Shown: positions 38,011 to 47,569 of the stretch, piece after piece
Position numbering within the stretch: the first letter of the stretch is position 1
Layout: each line of letters opens with the position of its first letter
DNA from: an uncultured Spirochaetota bacterium
GTDB taxonomy: Bacteria > Spirochaetota > Spirochaetia > SZUA-6 > Fen-1364
Length of the DNA stretch: 64,000 nt
Assembly: GCA_963845535.1 (NCBI GenBank)
Contig: CAWJSK010000021.1
Coordinates: 86,665 to 150,664, forward strand
Direction of reading: 5' to 3'
The notes under the pieces: generated by a model
Database searches by the model: none
Seen by the model: only the letters and a program-made list of their open reading frames with translations
Told to the model about the DNA's origin: nothing
Position numbers and translations under genes: made by a program

Positions 38011-39530
38011 ATCATTCCGTCCCAGCTGTTTCGAACGCGACCCTCGCGCCCTTCCTGCTCCGAGAACCAATGCGAGGTCACGCTCTTCAGCTCCGTGAAA
38101 AAGCGCACCCCGTCGGTGCCCATGGTGTGAAGGTCCCCGAAGAATGACGCCTTGTGCCCCGTGAACCCGAACATGGCAAGCGGAACGGGAATCCCGACGT
38201 TGACTCCCACCATGCCGGCGTGCGACCTGCGGGTGAACTCGCGGGCGTAGTAGCCGCTCTGCGTGTAGATCACGCTCCCGTTGCCGAACTCGCTCTCGTT
38301 CATCAGCTCGACGCCCTCGTCGAAGCTCTTCACGCGCTTGATGCAAAGCACCGGGCCGAAGATCTCGCGGTCCCCGACGCTCATCCCCTTCTGCACGCGG
38401 TCGAACAGCGTGGGCCCCAGGTAGAATCCCTTCTCATACCCAGGCACGGTGACGTTCCGGCCGTCGAGGACCAGCTCGGCGCCTTCCTCGATGCCCTTCT
38501 CGATCCAGGACACAACGCTCTTTCGGTGATCCGCGTTGACAAGCGGCCCCAGCTGGCTTGACTTGTCGTACGCCGGCCCGATCTTCAGGCCTTCCATCAC
38601 TTTCACGAGCGCCTCGACGAGCTTGTCCGCAATCTCCTCCTCCACCACGGCGACCGGCAGCGCCATGCACCTCTCCCCGGCGCATCCACACGCTGAGTTC
38701 ACGATCCCTTTCGCGGTTCGCTCGAGGGGAGCATCCCTCATCACCAGCGCGTGGTTCTTTGCCTCTGTCAGGGCCTGGACCCGCTTCCCGTGAGCCGCGG
38801 CGGTGGCATAGATGTGCCTGCCTACCGACGTCGAGCCGACAAAGGAAATCCCCGCCACGTCGGGATGGGTCAGCAGTATCTCCGCTTCCGCACGTGAGCA
38901 GGTGACGAGATTCAGAACGCCTGGGGGGAGTCCCGCCTCCTGCCACATCTCCATGATCCGCATGGAGGACCGCGGAACGAAGCTCGCCGCTTTGATGACC
39001 ATGGTGTTGCCCGTGGCAATACAGAGGGGCGCCATCCAGCCCATGGGGATCATGGCGGGGAAGTTCCAGGGCGCAATCCCCGCGAACACCCCCAGCGGTT
39101 CCATGTACTGTGTGGTGTCGTAGCCGTGCGTCGCGTTCATGATTGCGGGGCCTTTGAGCAAGTGCGGGACGCCGGCCGCGTACTCGACAACCTCGATCAC
39201 CTTGAGGACGTCGCCCTGCGCCTCGTCCCAGACCTTCCCGTGCTCCTCAGCCACCAGGTGCGTGAGCTCATCCACGTGCCTGTCCAGGATGCTCTTCATC
39301 CGAAAGAGCACTTGCGCCCTTTTGTTCGGCGGAGTATCCGCCCAGGCAGGGAACGCCGCCTTGGCCGTGGCAATGGCGGCATGCACTTCCTCAGGCGTGC
39401 ACTGGGGAGTGCGCGCCATCACTTCCCCGGTGGAGGGGTCGTAGCAGTCCATGTAATGATCGGTCTTTGAGGTCTTCCACTCTCCGCCGACCCAGTACTT
39501 CAATTGTTTCGGCTCGACAGCTGTTATCAT
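38007..39530 (-). CDS. iolA: CoA-acylating malonate/methylmalonate-semialdehyde dehydrogenase
   Basis: PWNFPAMIP, SFVGS, EAKNH, GCAGERCMA, EIFGPV, GVNVGIPVP, SFFGDLH. Confidence 0.92.
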   Translation of the reverse strand: MITAVEPKQLKYWVGGEWKTSKTDHYMDCYDPSTGEVMARTPQCTPEEVHAAIATAKAAFPAWADTPPNKRAQVLFRMKSILDRHVDELTHLVAEEHGKVWDEAQGDVLKVIEVVEYAAGVPHLLKGPAIMNATHGYDTTQYMEPLGVFAGIAPWNFPAMIPMGWMAPLCIATGNTMVIKAASFVPRSSMRIMEMWQEAGLPPGVLNLVTCSRAEAEILLTHPDVAGISFVGSTSVGRHIYATAAAHGKRVQALTEAKNHALVMRDAPLERTAKGIVNSACGCAGERCMALPVAVVEEEIADKLVEALVKVMEGLKIGPAYDKSSQLGPLVNADHRKSVVSWIEKGIEEGAELVLDGRNVTVPGYEKGFYLGPTLFDRVQKGMSVGDREIFGPVLCIKRVKSFDEGVELMNESEFGNGSVIYTQSGYYAREFTRRSHAGMVGVNVGIPVPLAMFGFTGHKASFFGDLHTMGTDGVRFFTELKSVTSHWFSEQEGREGRVRNSWDGMI

Positions 39531-39630
39531 GTCGATCCTCCTTGCCTTCGTGAATCGCCGGCCGTCAGCGCGGGCATGCGCGTGCGGCGTGCCGCGCCGC
39601 CGCGCGCGCGGCGCCGTGCGTGCCGGCGCG

Positions 39631-40726
39631 CTATCCAGGATCCGGCAGCATGTAGTCCCGCATGAGGGCCGCCAGGTCTTCTGTCGCCTTGCAGAACTGC
39701 CGCAAGGTCCGCGCCGAGGCGCCAAATGAGTCGAACTCCTCAGGCTTCATTCCGTCTTCTTCATAAGCGCGTCGGAAGTCCGTGAACTTCTTCAGAAGCT
39801 CGGCGATAATTCCCGGGTCCACCGGACGCCCAATACGGCTCTCCACGGAAACATCAGATTCGTTGAATCGCTTCTGCCATTCGTAGGGCGGGGAGATCAC
39901 CACGTCCCCGCCGATCAGCTCGGACCAGTGGAGGTGGTTGCGGAATGCCGCGGAAAGGAGCCTCAGCCTGTACCCGCGCTCCCGATAGATGCTGTAGGCT
40001 TTCTTGAACACGGCGACCCCGGCCCAGTCCAACGAGGCGGGATTGGCAATTATGCCCTTCTTCTCCGCAAGCGACTTTCAGCCAGTCATCCAACCGCCCT
40101 ACCATCAGCGTGCAGACAGGACCCATGCGGCTGATGTCTTTTCCTTCCTTCTCACGACGCAAAAGCCCTCGTTCCACCGCCTCCGCCACTGCAATGGCCT
40201 GCGGCAGCGTGAAGCTCACCGTGGCGTTGATGCTGATGCCGCGGTAGGTCGCCTCTTCGATGGCCGGGATTCCGGCGTTCGTGACGGGAATCTTCGTGAT
40301 GATGTTGGGGGCAAGAGCGTCGAACCTCTCCGCCTGTTGGACAATGGCCGCGGCGTCCCGGTACAGCCGCGGGTCGGTCTGAACGGAAAGCCTTCCGTTC
40401 CTGCCTTTCTCCCGCTGAAAAATCGGCTCGAGGAGCTTCGCCGCCTTGACTGACATCTCCTCCACCAGGCGCCAGGCCACCCCGTCCTCGCTTGCAACGC
40501 GCATCTCCTTGATGATTTCCGGGATGCGGTCCTTCCACAGGGCAAGTTCCTTCTTCAGCACGCTAAGGACAATGACGGGATTCGCGGTTGCCCCCACGGC
40601 GCCATTCTGCGCAATCGATGAGGAAAGCTCCTCCAGCGAGCAAGAGTCGTTCCACAGGGCCGTTGGCGTTGTTGAGGTCATCTCGCGTAACCGCGTGACG
40701 TTGGCGGTGGCGATTGTTTGCGGCAT
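39631..40726 (-). CDS. Transaldolase-family protein (copy 1); frameshift near 40071
   Basis: WNDS, GATANP, TKIP (Schiff-base Lys), INATVSF, VGRLDDW; removing one base restores VVAEKKGIIANPASLDWAGVA, matching copy 2. Confidence 0.85.
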
Positions 40727-40802
40727 AGGCGGGTCCACCAGGAGGTGGTAGCAAAAATATACTCACGGCTGTATGCTGGAGCAAAACAAAAGGGGGCGCA
40801 TC

Positions 40803-41639
40803 ATGGTGGAAAGACGCCGCTTCGCCTTGAACAGGATCACGTGCCCGTCGCTTGGCCTCGAGGATTTTTTCCGGTTTGCCGCCGAGCTCGGGATCTCGAA
40901 AGTCGAGCTTCGAAACGACCTGCCGGGCGGGAAGGTCACTGACGGGTTGTCAGCGTCAAAAGCGGCCGCGCTTGCCCAGACGCACGGGGTCCACGTCATC
41001 ACAATCAACGCCCTGCAGAAGTTCAACCTGGGCGCGGCGCGCAAGAAGGCTGCTGATGAGCTGGAAAGGCTCCTGGACCTCGCCGCGGAGCTGCACTGCC
41101 CCGCGCTTGTGCTGTGCCCCAACAACGACACCGCGGATACGCGTGACGCCAAGGCAAAAGTGGCGGAAACCGTGGACGCCTTGAAGGCATTCGGCCCCTC
41201 GTTCGCAAAGAGAGGACTCCTGGGGTACGTCGAGCCGCTGGGCTTCCACGAGTCGTCGCTTGCCTCCCTTGTCGTTGCCGCGGAGGCAATCAGGAGCTCG
41301 GGACAGGGCTGCTACCGCGCCGTCTATGACACTTTCCACCATTACCTGGGGCCTGATACTGAAAATGACATTGGCCCGCACTACGTCGTATCCAACACCG
41401 GCCTCATCCACGTCTCAGGCGTTGACGCGGACGTCCCCAAGGAGAAGTACCGGGACGAGCACCGCGTTCTGCCGGGACCGAAAGACCGGACATTCTGCAG
41501 GGAACAGATCAACCACCACGACAAGCTGGGGTACACTGGGGATATTTCCTTCGAGCCGTTCTCAGCCGACGTGCAGCGACTGGGCAAGGAAGAGCTGGCG
41601 GCAGCGCTTCGGGCCAGCATGGCTTACCTGGGAGGGTAG
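40803..41639 (+). CDS. Xylose isomerase-like TIM barrel, inosose isomerase (IolI-like)
   Basis: FALNRI.CP, VELRND, INALQKFN, EPLGF, DTFHH, HVSGV, SFEPF metal ligands. Confidence 0.75.
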   Translation: MVERRRFALNRITCPSLGLEDFFRFAAELGISKVELRNDLPGGKVTDGLSASKAAALAQTHGVHVITINALQKFNLGAARKKAADELERLLDLAAELHCPALVLCPNNDTADTRDAKAKVAETVDALKAFGPSFAKRGLLGYVEPLGFHESSLASLVVAAEAIRSSGQGCYRAVYDTFHHYLGPDTENDIGPHYVVSNTGLIHVSGVDADVPKEKYRDEHRVLPGPKDRTFCREQINHHDKLGYTGDISFEPFSADVQRLGKEELAAALRASMAYLGG

Positions 41640-41688
41640 AAAGCCAGGGACGGTAGAAAGCCCGACAACGCGCGTCAGGCGGTGCGCC

Positions 41689-42699
41689 TCAGCTCCTGTG
41701 CGCGTTCTTGCGGACGTCGATGGTCACGGCCACCACAATGATGATGGCGCGCGCAACCTGCTGGTAGTCCGCTGAGACGTTGAGAAGGTCCAACCCGTTT
41801 TTCATGACTCCGATTATGAGAGCGCCAATGAGCGTCCCGCCGGCGCTCCCCAATCCTCCCGCAAGGCTCGTGCCGCCAATGACGGAAGCCGCAATTGCGT
41901 CAAGCTCGTAACCAAGGCCGAGCCCGGGCTGCCCGGAGCCTATCCTCGCGGTGAGCACGATTGCCGCCACCGCCGCAAGGAAGCCCGCGTATGTATAGAC
42001 CAAGATCAGGTAGCGGTTGGTCTTGATCCCTGAAACAACCGCCGCCTGGAGGTTGCTTCCCAAAGCGTACGTGTAGCGTCCCCACAGCGTGTGCTGGAGA
42101 ATGACGTACGTCAGAATAACGCAGAGGATGAGCACGATGGCGGGGTTGGGGATCCCCAGGATGTCACCCTGTCCGATGGCCTGGAACGCGTCAATGAGGC
42201 TTCCGCGCGGCCGCCCCTGCGAGTAGATGAACGCCCAGCCGCGGGCAAACGTCATCATTCCGAGAGTGGCGATGAAGGGCGGGATCTTGAGCCAGGCAAT
42301 CATGCTGCCGTTGACGAAGCCGATGGCGATGCCCACGCCGAGGCCGATGAGCAGGACCGGGATGATGGGCCACGGCTGGCCGCCCTTGAAAAGCCGGTCC
42401 ATTGCGTCCGAGCTCTGGACAAGGCTGGCCACAGCAACGGCAACGGCGGCAACCACTGCGCCTGAGGAGAGGTCGATTCCCGCAGTGATGATGCACATCG
42501 TGACGCCAAGGGCAATAATGCCAATGACGCTGATCTGGCGCAGGACGTTCAAAAGGTTGTTGATCCGCAGGAATATCCCGCCAGAGAGAATTGCGATCAC
42601 CGCGGAAAGACCCACCAGGATCAGCAGGATGCTGTACTTGCTCATGAGGGCAAGAACGCGGGATTCGCTTCTGGGTGCAACCTTGACGGCTTCAATCAC
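41689..42699 (-). CDS. Monosaccharide/inositol ABC permease (RbsC-like)
   Basis: [36 protein letters not shown]. Confidence 0.9.
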   Translation of the reverse strand: MIEAVKVAPRSESRVLALMSKYSILLILVGLSAVIAILSGGIFLRINNLLNVLRQISVIGIIALGVTMCIITAGIDLSSGAVVAAVAVAVASLVQSSDAMDRLFKGGQPWPIIPVLLIGLGVGIAIGFVNGSMIAWLKIPPFIATLGMMTFARGWAFIYSQGRPRGSLIDAFQAIGQGDILGIPNPAIVLILCVILTYVILQHTLWGRYTYALGSNLQAAVVSGIKTNRYLILVYTYAGFLAAVAAIVLTARIGSGQPGLGLGYELDAIAASVIGGTSLAGGLGSAGGTLIGALIIGVMKNGLDLLNVSADYQQVARAIIIVVAVTIDVRKNAHRS

Positions 42700-42714
42700 G
42701 ACGTGCCTCCGGGC

Positions 42715-44235
42715 TCAATAATAGTGGACTTCCTTGAACGTGCTGAGAGGTTCCCCCGTGGCCATGTGGAGGATCTTCTCTTGCGTGGCCTCGGCTCTGT
42801 CGATCTCCCCGACCTTGTGCCCTTCGTGCATGACCATGATCCTGTCCGACATGGCCAGGATCTCGGGCATCTCCGAAGAGATGAGGATGATTGCCTTCCC
42901 CTCTTTTGCGAGGTTGGACATGATCTTGTAAATCTCGCTCTTGGTGGCGACGTCGATCCCCCGGGTGGGCTCGTCAAGGATGAGGAGGGCGGGCACGGTG
43001 GCGAGCCAGCGGGAAACCAGCACCTTCTGCTGGTTGCCTCCGCTCAGGTACATCACGAGCTGGTCCAGGCTGGGCGTCTTGATCCGCAGCGTTCCCACTG
43101 CGTTGTCACACAGCCGGCGAAGCGCGGCGTGCCTGAGGAACATGGCCGCCAGGTTGTTTCTCAGGCTTGGCATGGTGATGTTGTCACGCACGGACAGGTT
43201 CAGGTACAGCCCGCTCCTTTTCCTGTCCTCGGTGAGGAACGCCATCCCGTAACGGATGGCGTCGAACGGGCTTTCGATCTTGGCGCGCTTCCCGCGGACC
43301 TTGATGACCCCGGCCTGCTTCGGCGCCACGCCGAAAACCGACTCCATGACCTCGGTCCTTCCCGCCCCAACCAGGCCCGCAATCCCCAGGATTTCCCCCT
43401 GGCGCACGGAAAGGCTGATGTCATGGAAGTAGCCGCGCCGCGTGAGGCCTTCCACCTCCAGGACCGGCGCCCCCACATCCGCCTTCTCCTTCTGGAAGAA
43501 CTGGTCAATGGTCCTGCCCACCATCATCTTGATGAGCTTTTCCCGGGTCAGGTTCACGCTGTCCTCATGACCGACGAACTCAGCGTCCCGGTAGACGCTC
43601 ACTTCGTCAGTGATGGCGAACACTTCGTCCATCTTGTGGGTGATATAGATCACCGCCACCCCGCGCTTCTTCAGGTCCCTGATGATGGTGAACAGGTGCC
43701 CGACTTCTTTCTCCGTGAGCGCGGAGGTGGGCTCATCCATGATGATGAGGTCAGCCTTGCGCGACACGGCTTCCGCTATCTCCACCAGCTGCATCTGCGC
43801 AACGCTGAGCTTTCCCATGATCTGCCGCGGGGTGAGATTGATGTTCAGCTCCTTCAAGATCTCCGCGGAAGCCTTGTCGATGGCCCGGTGATCAATCAGG
43901 CCGAAGGCGTTCTTTATCTCCCGACCGAGGAAGATGTTTTGCGCCACTGTCATGTAGGGAAGAGGGCTCATCTCCTGGTGGATCATGGAGATCCCATGCA
44001 TCTGTGAGGCATGCACGTTGTCGAAGACGACCTGCTCTCCCCGAAGCCGGATGGTTCCCGAGTCCGGCCGGTACAGGCCAATCGCCACCTTCATGAGGGT
44101 GGACTTGCCGGCTCCGTTCTCCCCCATGACGCCGTGCACGGTGCCCGGGCGCACGTGGAGGCTGACGCCGTTGAGGGCATGAACCCCCGGAAACGTTTTG
44201 TGGATGCCTTCCATCTCGAGGATGAACTCGCTCAC
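42715..44235 (-). CDS. Monosaccharide/inositol ABC ATP-binding protein (RbsA/MglA-like)
   Basis: Two NBDs: [27 protein letters not shown]. Confidence 0.92.
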   Translation of the reverse strand: MSEFILEMEGIHKTFPGVHALNGVSLHVRPGTVHGVMGENGAGKSTLMKVAIGLYRPDSGTIRLRGEQVVFDNVHASQMHGISMIHQEMSPLPYMTVAQNIFLGREIKNAFGLIDHRAIDKASAEILKELNINLTPRQIMGKLSVAQMQLVEIAEAVSRKADLIIMDEPTSALTEKEVGHLFTIIRDLKKRGVAVIYITHKMDEVFAITDEVSVYRDAEFVGHEDSVNLTREKLIKMMVGRTIDQFFQKEKADVGAPVLEVEGLTRRGYFHDISLSVRQGEILGIAGLVGAGRTEVMESVFGVAPKQAGVIKVRGKRAKIESPFDAIRYGMAFLTEDRKRSGLYLNLSVRDNITMPSLRNNLAAMFLRHAALRRLCDNAVGTLRIKTPSLDQLVMYLSGGNQQKVLVSRWLATVPALLILDEPTRGIDVATKSEIYKIMSNLAKEGKAIILISSEMPEILAMSDRIMVMHEGHKVGEIDRAEATQEKILHMATGEPLSTFKEVHYY

Positions 44236-44272
44236 CGCGTGCCCGCTCCTTGCAGGGAAGATGAATGAGAAA

Positions 44273-44298
44273 CAGGGGTCGGAACGCTCCGGCCCCTG
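44273..44298 (-). other. Intercistronic stem-loop after the SBP gene
   Basis: CAGGGGTCGGA-acgc-TCCGGCCCCTG. Confidence 0.6.
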
Positions 44299-44311
44299 CC
44301 TGCGTCAAGAC

Positions 44312-45238
44312 CTACTTCATGTACTTCTTGTAATTGTCATACGTCACGGGCTCGAAGGGGATAGCGGTGAACGTGGGGACGTTCTCATGGTTGATCAGCT
44401 TCAGCGCCGTCTGAACCGCGCCGCGCCCCTGCGCCCCGCCGTTCTGGAACACCGTCATGTCCAGCCTCTTGTCCGCTATGAACTTCAGGGCGTCCGAAGT
44501 GGCGTCCACGCCGGTGACGATCACCTTGTTCTTCATGTTCTTCTCTTCGAGAACAAGCACCGCACCGAGGGCCATCTCATCATTATTGGCGACAATGGCG
44601 TCGATCTTCACGTCGCCGGCGAGCCAGTTCTCGACAACCGTGACAGCATCAGGCCTCTGGAAGTTGGCGGTCTGCTCCCGAACGACCTTGATCCCCGGGT
44701 ACTTGGCCAGCACGTCCTTGGTTCCCTGAGTGCGTCCGATCTGGGGCGCGCTGCCCATGGTGCCCATGAGGATTGCGACATTGCCCTTGCCGTGCAGCTT
44801 CTTTGCAACGAACTCCCCTTCCAGGTTCCCCGCCACCACTTCGGGTGAAGCAACGGCGACAACCTTGTCCGGGACAAGGGCCGAATCATCCGGCTTGCGG
44901 TTGAAGTAGACGAGCGGGATGCCCGCCTGCACGCATTCCTTGGTGATGGTGGGCGCAAGGGTCTGGTCAATGACGTGGATGAGGATTGCGTCCACACCCT
45001 GCGTTATGAAGTTCTCCACCTGCTTGAGCTGCTCGTTCGGGTCACGCTTCCCGTCAGCGGCGATGATGTCCACGTTGTCTTTGGTTGCCTCAGCGGTGAG
45101 CTGATCCAGGGCGTACCGCATGAAGACATCATTGAAATCCTCGATGGTGACGCCCATCTTGAGCTTCTTGCCTTGGGCAGTTGCAATCAACGGCACTGCC
45201 AGAAGAGCCACCAGCGCAAAAACAAGAACCTTCCGCAT
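44312..45238 (-). CDS. Inositol/ribose-type ABC substrate-binding protein
   Basis: GAGGAGG RBS; signal peptide; QLKQVENF, NRKP, ANNDEMALGA, GVDAT, VFQN. Confidence 0.88.
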   Translation of the reverse strand: MRKVLVFALVALLAVPLIATAQGKKLKMGVTIEDFNDVFMRYALDQLTAEATKDNVDIIAADGKRDPNEQLKQVENFITQGVDAILIHVIDQTLAPTITKECVQAGIPLVYFNRKPDDSALVPDKVVAVASPEVVAGNLEGEFVAKKLHGKGNVAILMGTMGSAPQIGRTQGTKDVLAKYPGIKVVREQTANFQRPDAVTVVENWLAGDVKIDAIVANNDEMALGAVLVLEEKNMKNKVIVTGVDATSDALKFIADKRLDMTVFQNGGAQGRGAVQTALKLINHENVPTFTAIPFEPVTYDNYKKYMK

Positions 45239-45273
45239 ACGCACCTCCTCGGAAAGATTTTTGGCGTTTGCCA

Positions 45274-45287
45274 TGCAAACGCTTGCA
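45274..45287. promoter_or_regulatory. LacI-type operator (iol regulon motif)
   Basis: TGCAAACGCTTGCA downstream of the minus-strand TTGACA-17 nt-TAATTA promoter (TTGACA at 45355-45360). Confidence 0.75.
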
Positions 45288-45361
45288 TTATGGGGCTTTA
45301 AGAAGCGGAATAACTTCCGCATAGCGAACAATAATTAAGCCGCCATCGGGCAGTTGTCAAG

Positions 45362-45389
45362 AAAAAAAAGCCGCGGGCAATCCGCGGCT
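45362..45389 (-). terminator. Rho-independent terminator after transaldolase copy 2
   Basis: Minus strand AGCCGCGG-attgc-CCGCGGCT followed by a T run. Confidence 0.85.
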
Positions 45390-45421
45390 CAAGGCGCCTA
45401 AAGCGAGGAAGGAGGGGGGGG

Positions 45422-46510
45422 TCATGCGTCCGGGTTCGTGATCATCCGGTCACGGATTATCACAACAAGATCATCCACTGCCTTGCAGAACTGGCGCAGC
45501 GTCCTTCGCGTGGCACCGAATGCATCGAACTCCTCAGGCTTCATTCCATTCTCTTCATACGCGCGCCTGAAGTCTTCGAACTTCCTCGAAAGCTCATCGA
45601 TGGTCCGGGGGTTCACCGGCTTGTCGATTCGGCTTATCACCTCCACGTCGGATTCGTTGAAACGCTTTTGCCACTCGAACGGGGGAGAAATGACAACGTC
45701 CCCGCCAATGAGCTCGCTCCAGTGCAAATGGTTTCGGAACGCCGCTGAGAGCAGGCGCAGCCGGTACCCGCGCTCGCGGAATATCGTGTAGGCCTTCTTG
45801 AACGTGGCCACCCCGGCCCAGTCGAAGATCCCGGGGTCGGCAATGATCCCCTGCTTCTCCGCGACCACCCGGAGCCAGTCATCCAGCCTGCCCACCATGA
45901 GCGTGCACACGGGTCCCATGCGGCTGATGTCCTTCTTCTCCTTTTCCCGGCGCGAAAGACCGCGCTCCACCGCCTCCGCCACGGCGACGGCCTGCGGCAG
46001 GGTGAAGCTCACCGTTGCGTTGATGCTGATTCCGCGCCAAGTTGCTTCTTCGATGGCGGCAATCCCCGCCTGCGTCGCGGGGATCTTGACGATCATGTTG
46101 GGCGCAAGGGAGTCGAAGTGCTCAGCCTGCACAGTAATGGCCTTGGCGTCCCGGTAGAGCCGCGGGTCCGTCTGGATGGAGAGCCTGCCGTTGCGTCCCT
46201 TCTCCCGGTCGTACACGGGCTTCAGCAGCTCCGCTGCTTTCATGGACATCTCCTCCACGAGCCGCCATGCCACCTCGCCCTCGGTTGCGCACGGCATTTC
46301 CGTGATGAGCTGTTCTATCCGGTCCTTCCAGAGGCTCATTTCCTTCCTTAAAACAGCCAGCACGATCACTGGATTGCACGTGGCCCCCACGGCGCCGTTG
46401 TCCTTGATTGAAACCGACAGCTCTGCAAGCGAGCAGGAGTCGTTCCAGAGCGCCGTCGGCGTGGTGCTGGTCATCACGTGAAGCAGCGTCCCGTTCTGAT
46501 GAGTGCTCAT
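45422..46510 (-). CDS. Transaldolase-family protein (copy 2)
   Basis: Own RBS AAGGGAGG before ATG46510; WNDS, GATCNP, VKIP, INATVSF, VGRLDDW, AAFRNH; close paralog of copy 1. Confidence 0.88.
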   Translation of the reverse strand: MSTHQNGTLLHVMTSTTPTALWNDSCSLAELSVSIKDNGAVGATCNPVIVLAVLRKEMSLWKDRIEQLITEMPCATEGEVAWRLVEEMSMKAAELLKPVYDREKGRNGRLSIQTDPRLYRDAKAITVQAEHFDSLAPNMIVKIPATQAGIAAIEEATWRGISINATVSFTLPQAVAVAEAVERGLSRREKEKKDISRMGPVCTLMVGRLDDWLRVVAEKQGIIADPGIFDWAGVATFKKAYTIFRERGYRLRLLSAAFRNHLHWSELIGGDVVISPPFEWQKRFNESDVEVISRIDKPVNPRTIDELSRKFEDFRRAYEENGMKPEEFDAFGATRRTLRQFCKAVDDLVVIIRDRMITNPDA

Positions 46511-47557
46511 AGTCCAAACCCTCCCTTGGCAGACTTCCCGACCGACCATTCGGCGGCCGGCGTCCATGAATGCCTGGATATTGGCAACGGGCGTTTCCTG
46601 CGGCAAGTCACATCCCGTGCTGAGAACGAAGTTGGGAAACCGGTCCATCTGCCCAAGGAGCGCGCGCACCTCGTCGCGTACGGCCTCGGTCGTGCCGAAG
46701 CGCATGGTAGTTGCGGGGCTGATATTGCCGATCACGACCACGTCCTCGGGGATGAGCCGGGCAACTGCGGGAAGGTCCACACCAGTGTCGCGGGAATCCA
46801 GGCTTACGCCATGCACCCCCGCGCGAGCCATTTTTTGCACCAGGTGCATGGTGTTCCCGCAGGTATGATAGATGAAGCTCGCCTTGCTGTACTTGAAGCT
46901 CGTCGTGATGTGGTGGATGTAGATGGCGGAGAACTCGGAGAACTGCTCGGGGCTGAGCATCACTGCCGTGGGCTCCAGGATACAGATTGCATCCGCGCCC
47001 GCGGACAAGAGCAGCTGGATGTATTCCTGGATCCGCTCGGTCGTGAAGTGGCACAGGCGGTGCAATCCTTTGGGATCCAGAACCGTTGCCATTACCGTGT
47101 CGTCTGCACCCATCATCAATCCCGCCAGGGTGAACGGCCCCGTAACGTATGCTCCCTTCAGCATGCCGGGCGGCAGGGAGACGCTCATCATCTTCAGGGT
47201 CTCCACGTAGCCCAGGAGGCGGCCGTCGAACGTGATGTTGATCTCAGCCAGCCGATCCAGCTCATCGTAGGTGAAGCGGTCCTTTGGCACCGTTGCGGAC
47301 TCTCCGCGGGGAAAAACGGTGAACCTCCCCAGGGCGTTCGCTTCCACGGACAGGTCCATGAGAGGAAACACGAGGTCCGGGGCAAAGGTGTCCACCAGCT
47401 TGCGAATGGCCTTGAAGTGCTCCCCGAAGTTCTGCTGCGCGAGCTTGATCGTGCTTTCAATCATCTCGACGCCGGGGAACCCTGCAAGCGGGGCCACCAG
47501 GCGGCGATGCTCGTCATATGCCGCATGCGCAAGCTCTGAGAGGCTCTTGTCCATCAT
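46507..47557 (-). CDS. Uroporphyrinogen decarboxylase/MtaA-CmuA methyltransferase-fold protein (as given, in frame with the transaldolase)
   Basis: DLSVEANALG, GPFTLA, GAD.I.I.EP, Zn-type HTCG...STGCD, ETPVANI; a probable 1-bp indel near 46552 removes its natural stop at 46507. Confidence 0.8.
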
Positions 47558-47569
47558 CGTCTTCCGCCC

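Noticed and set aside
39555..39630. Very GC-rich self-complementary stretch between transaldolase 1 and iolA as a possible riboswitch or ncRNA
   Set aside because: Low-complexity GC sequence with no recognisable aptamer motif; at most a stabilising hairpin.
45422..47557. Novel UroD-transaldolase fusion enzyme
   Set aside because: An internal RBS and an ATGA overlap restored by a single-base deletion argue for two genes; kept only as a low-interest check.
46507..47557. hemE (true uroporphyrinogen decarboxylase) linked to cyoE heme synthesis
   Set aside because: Lacks the HemE N-terminal RQAGR motif, has an MtaA-type HxC...C motif, and lies in the iol operon about 11 kb from cyoE.
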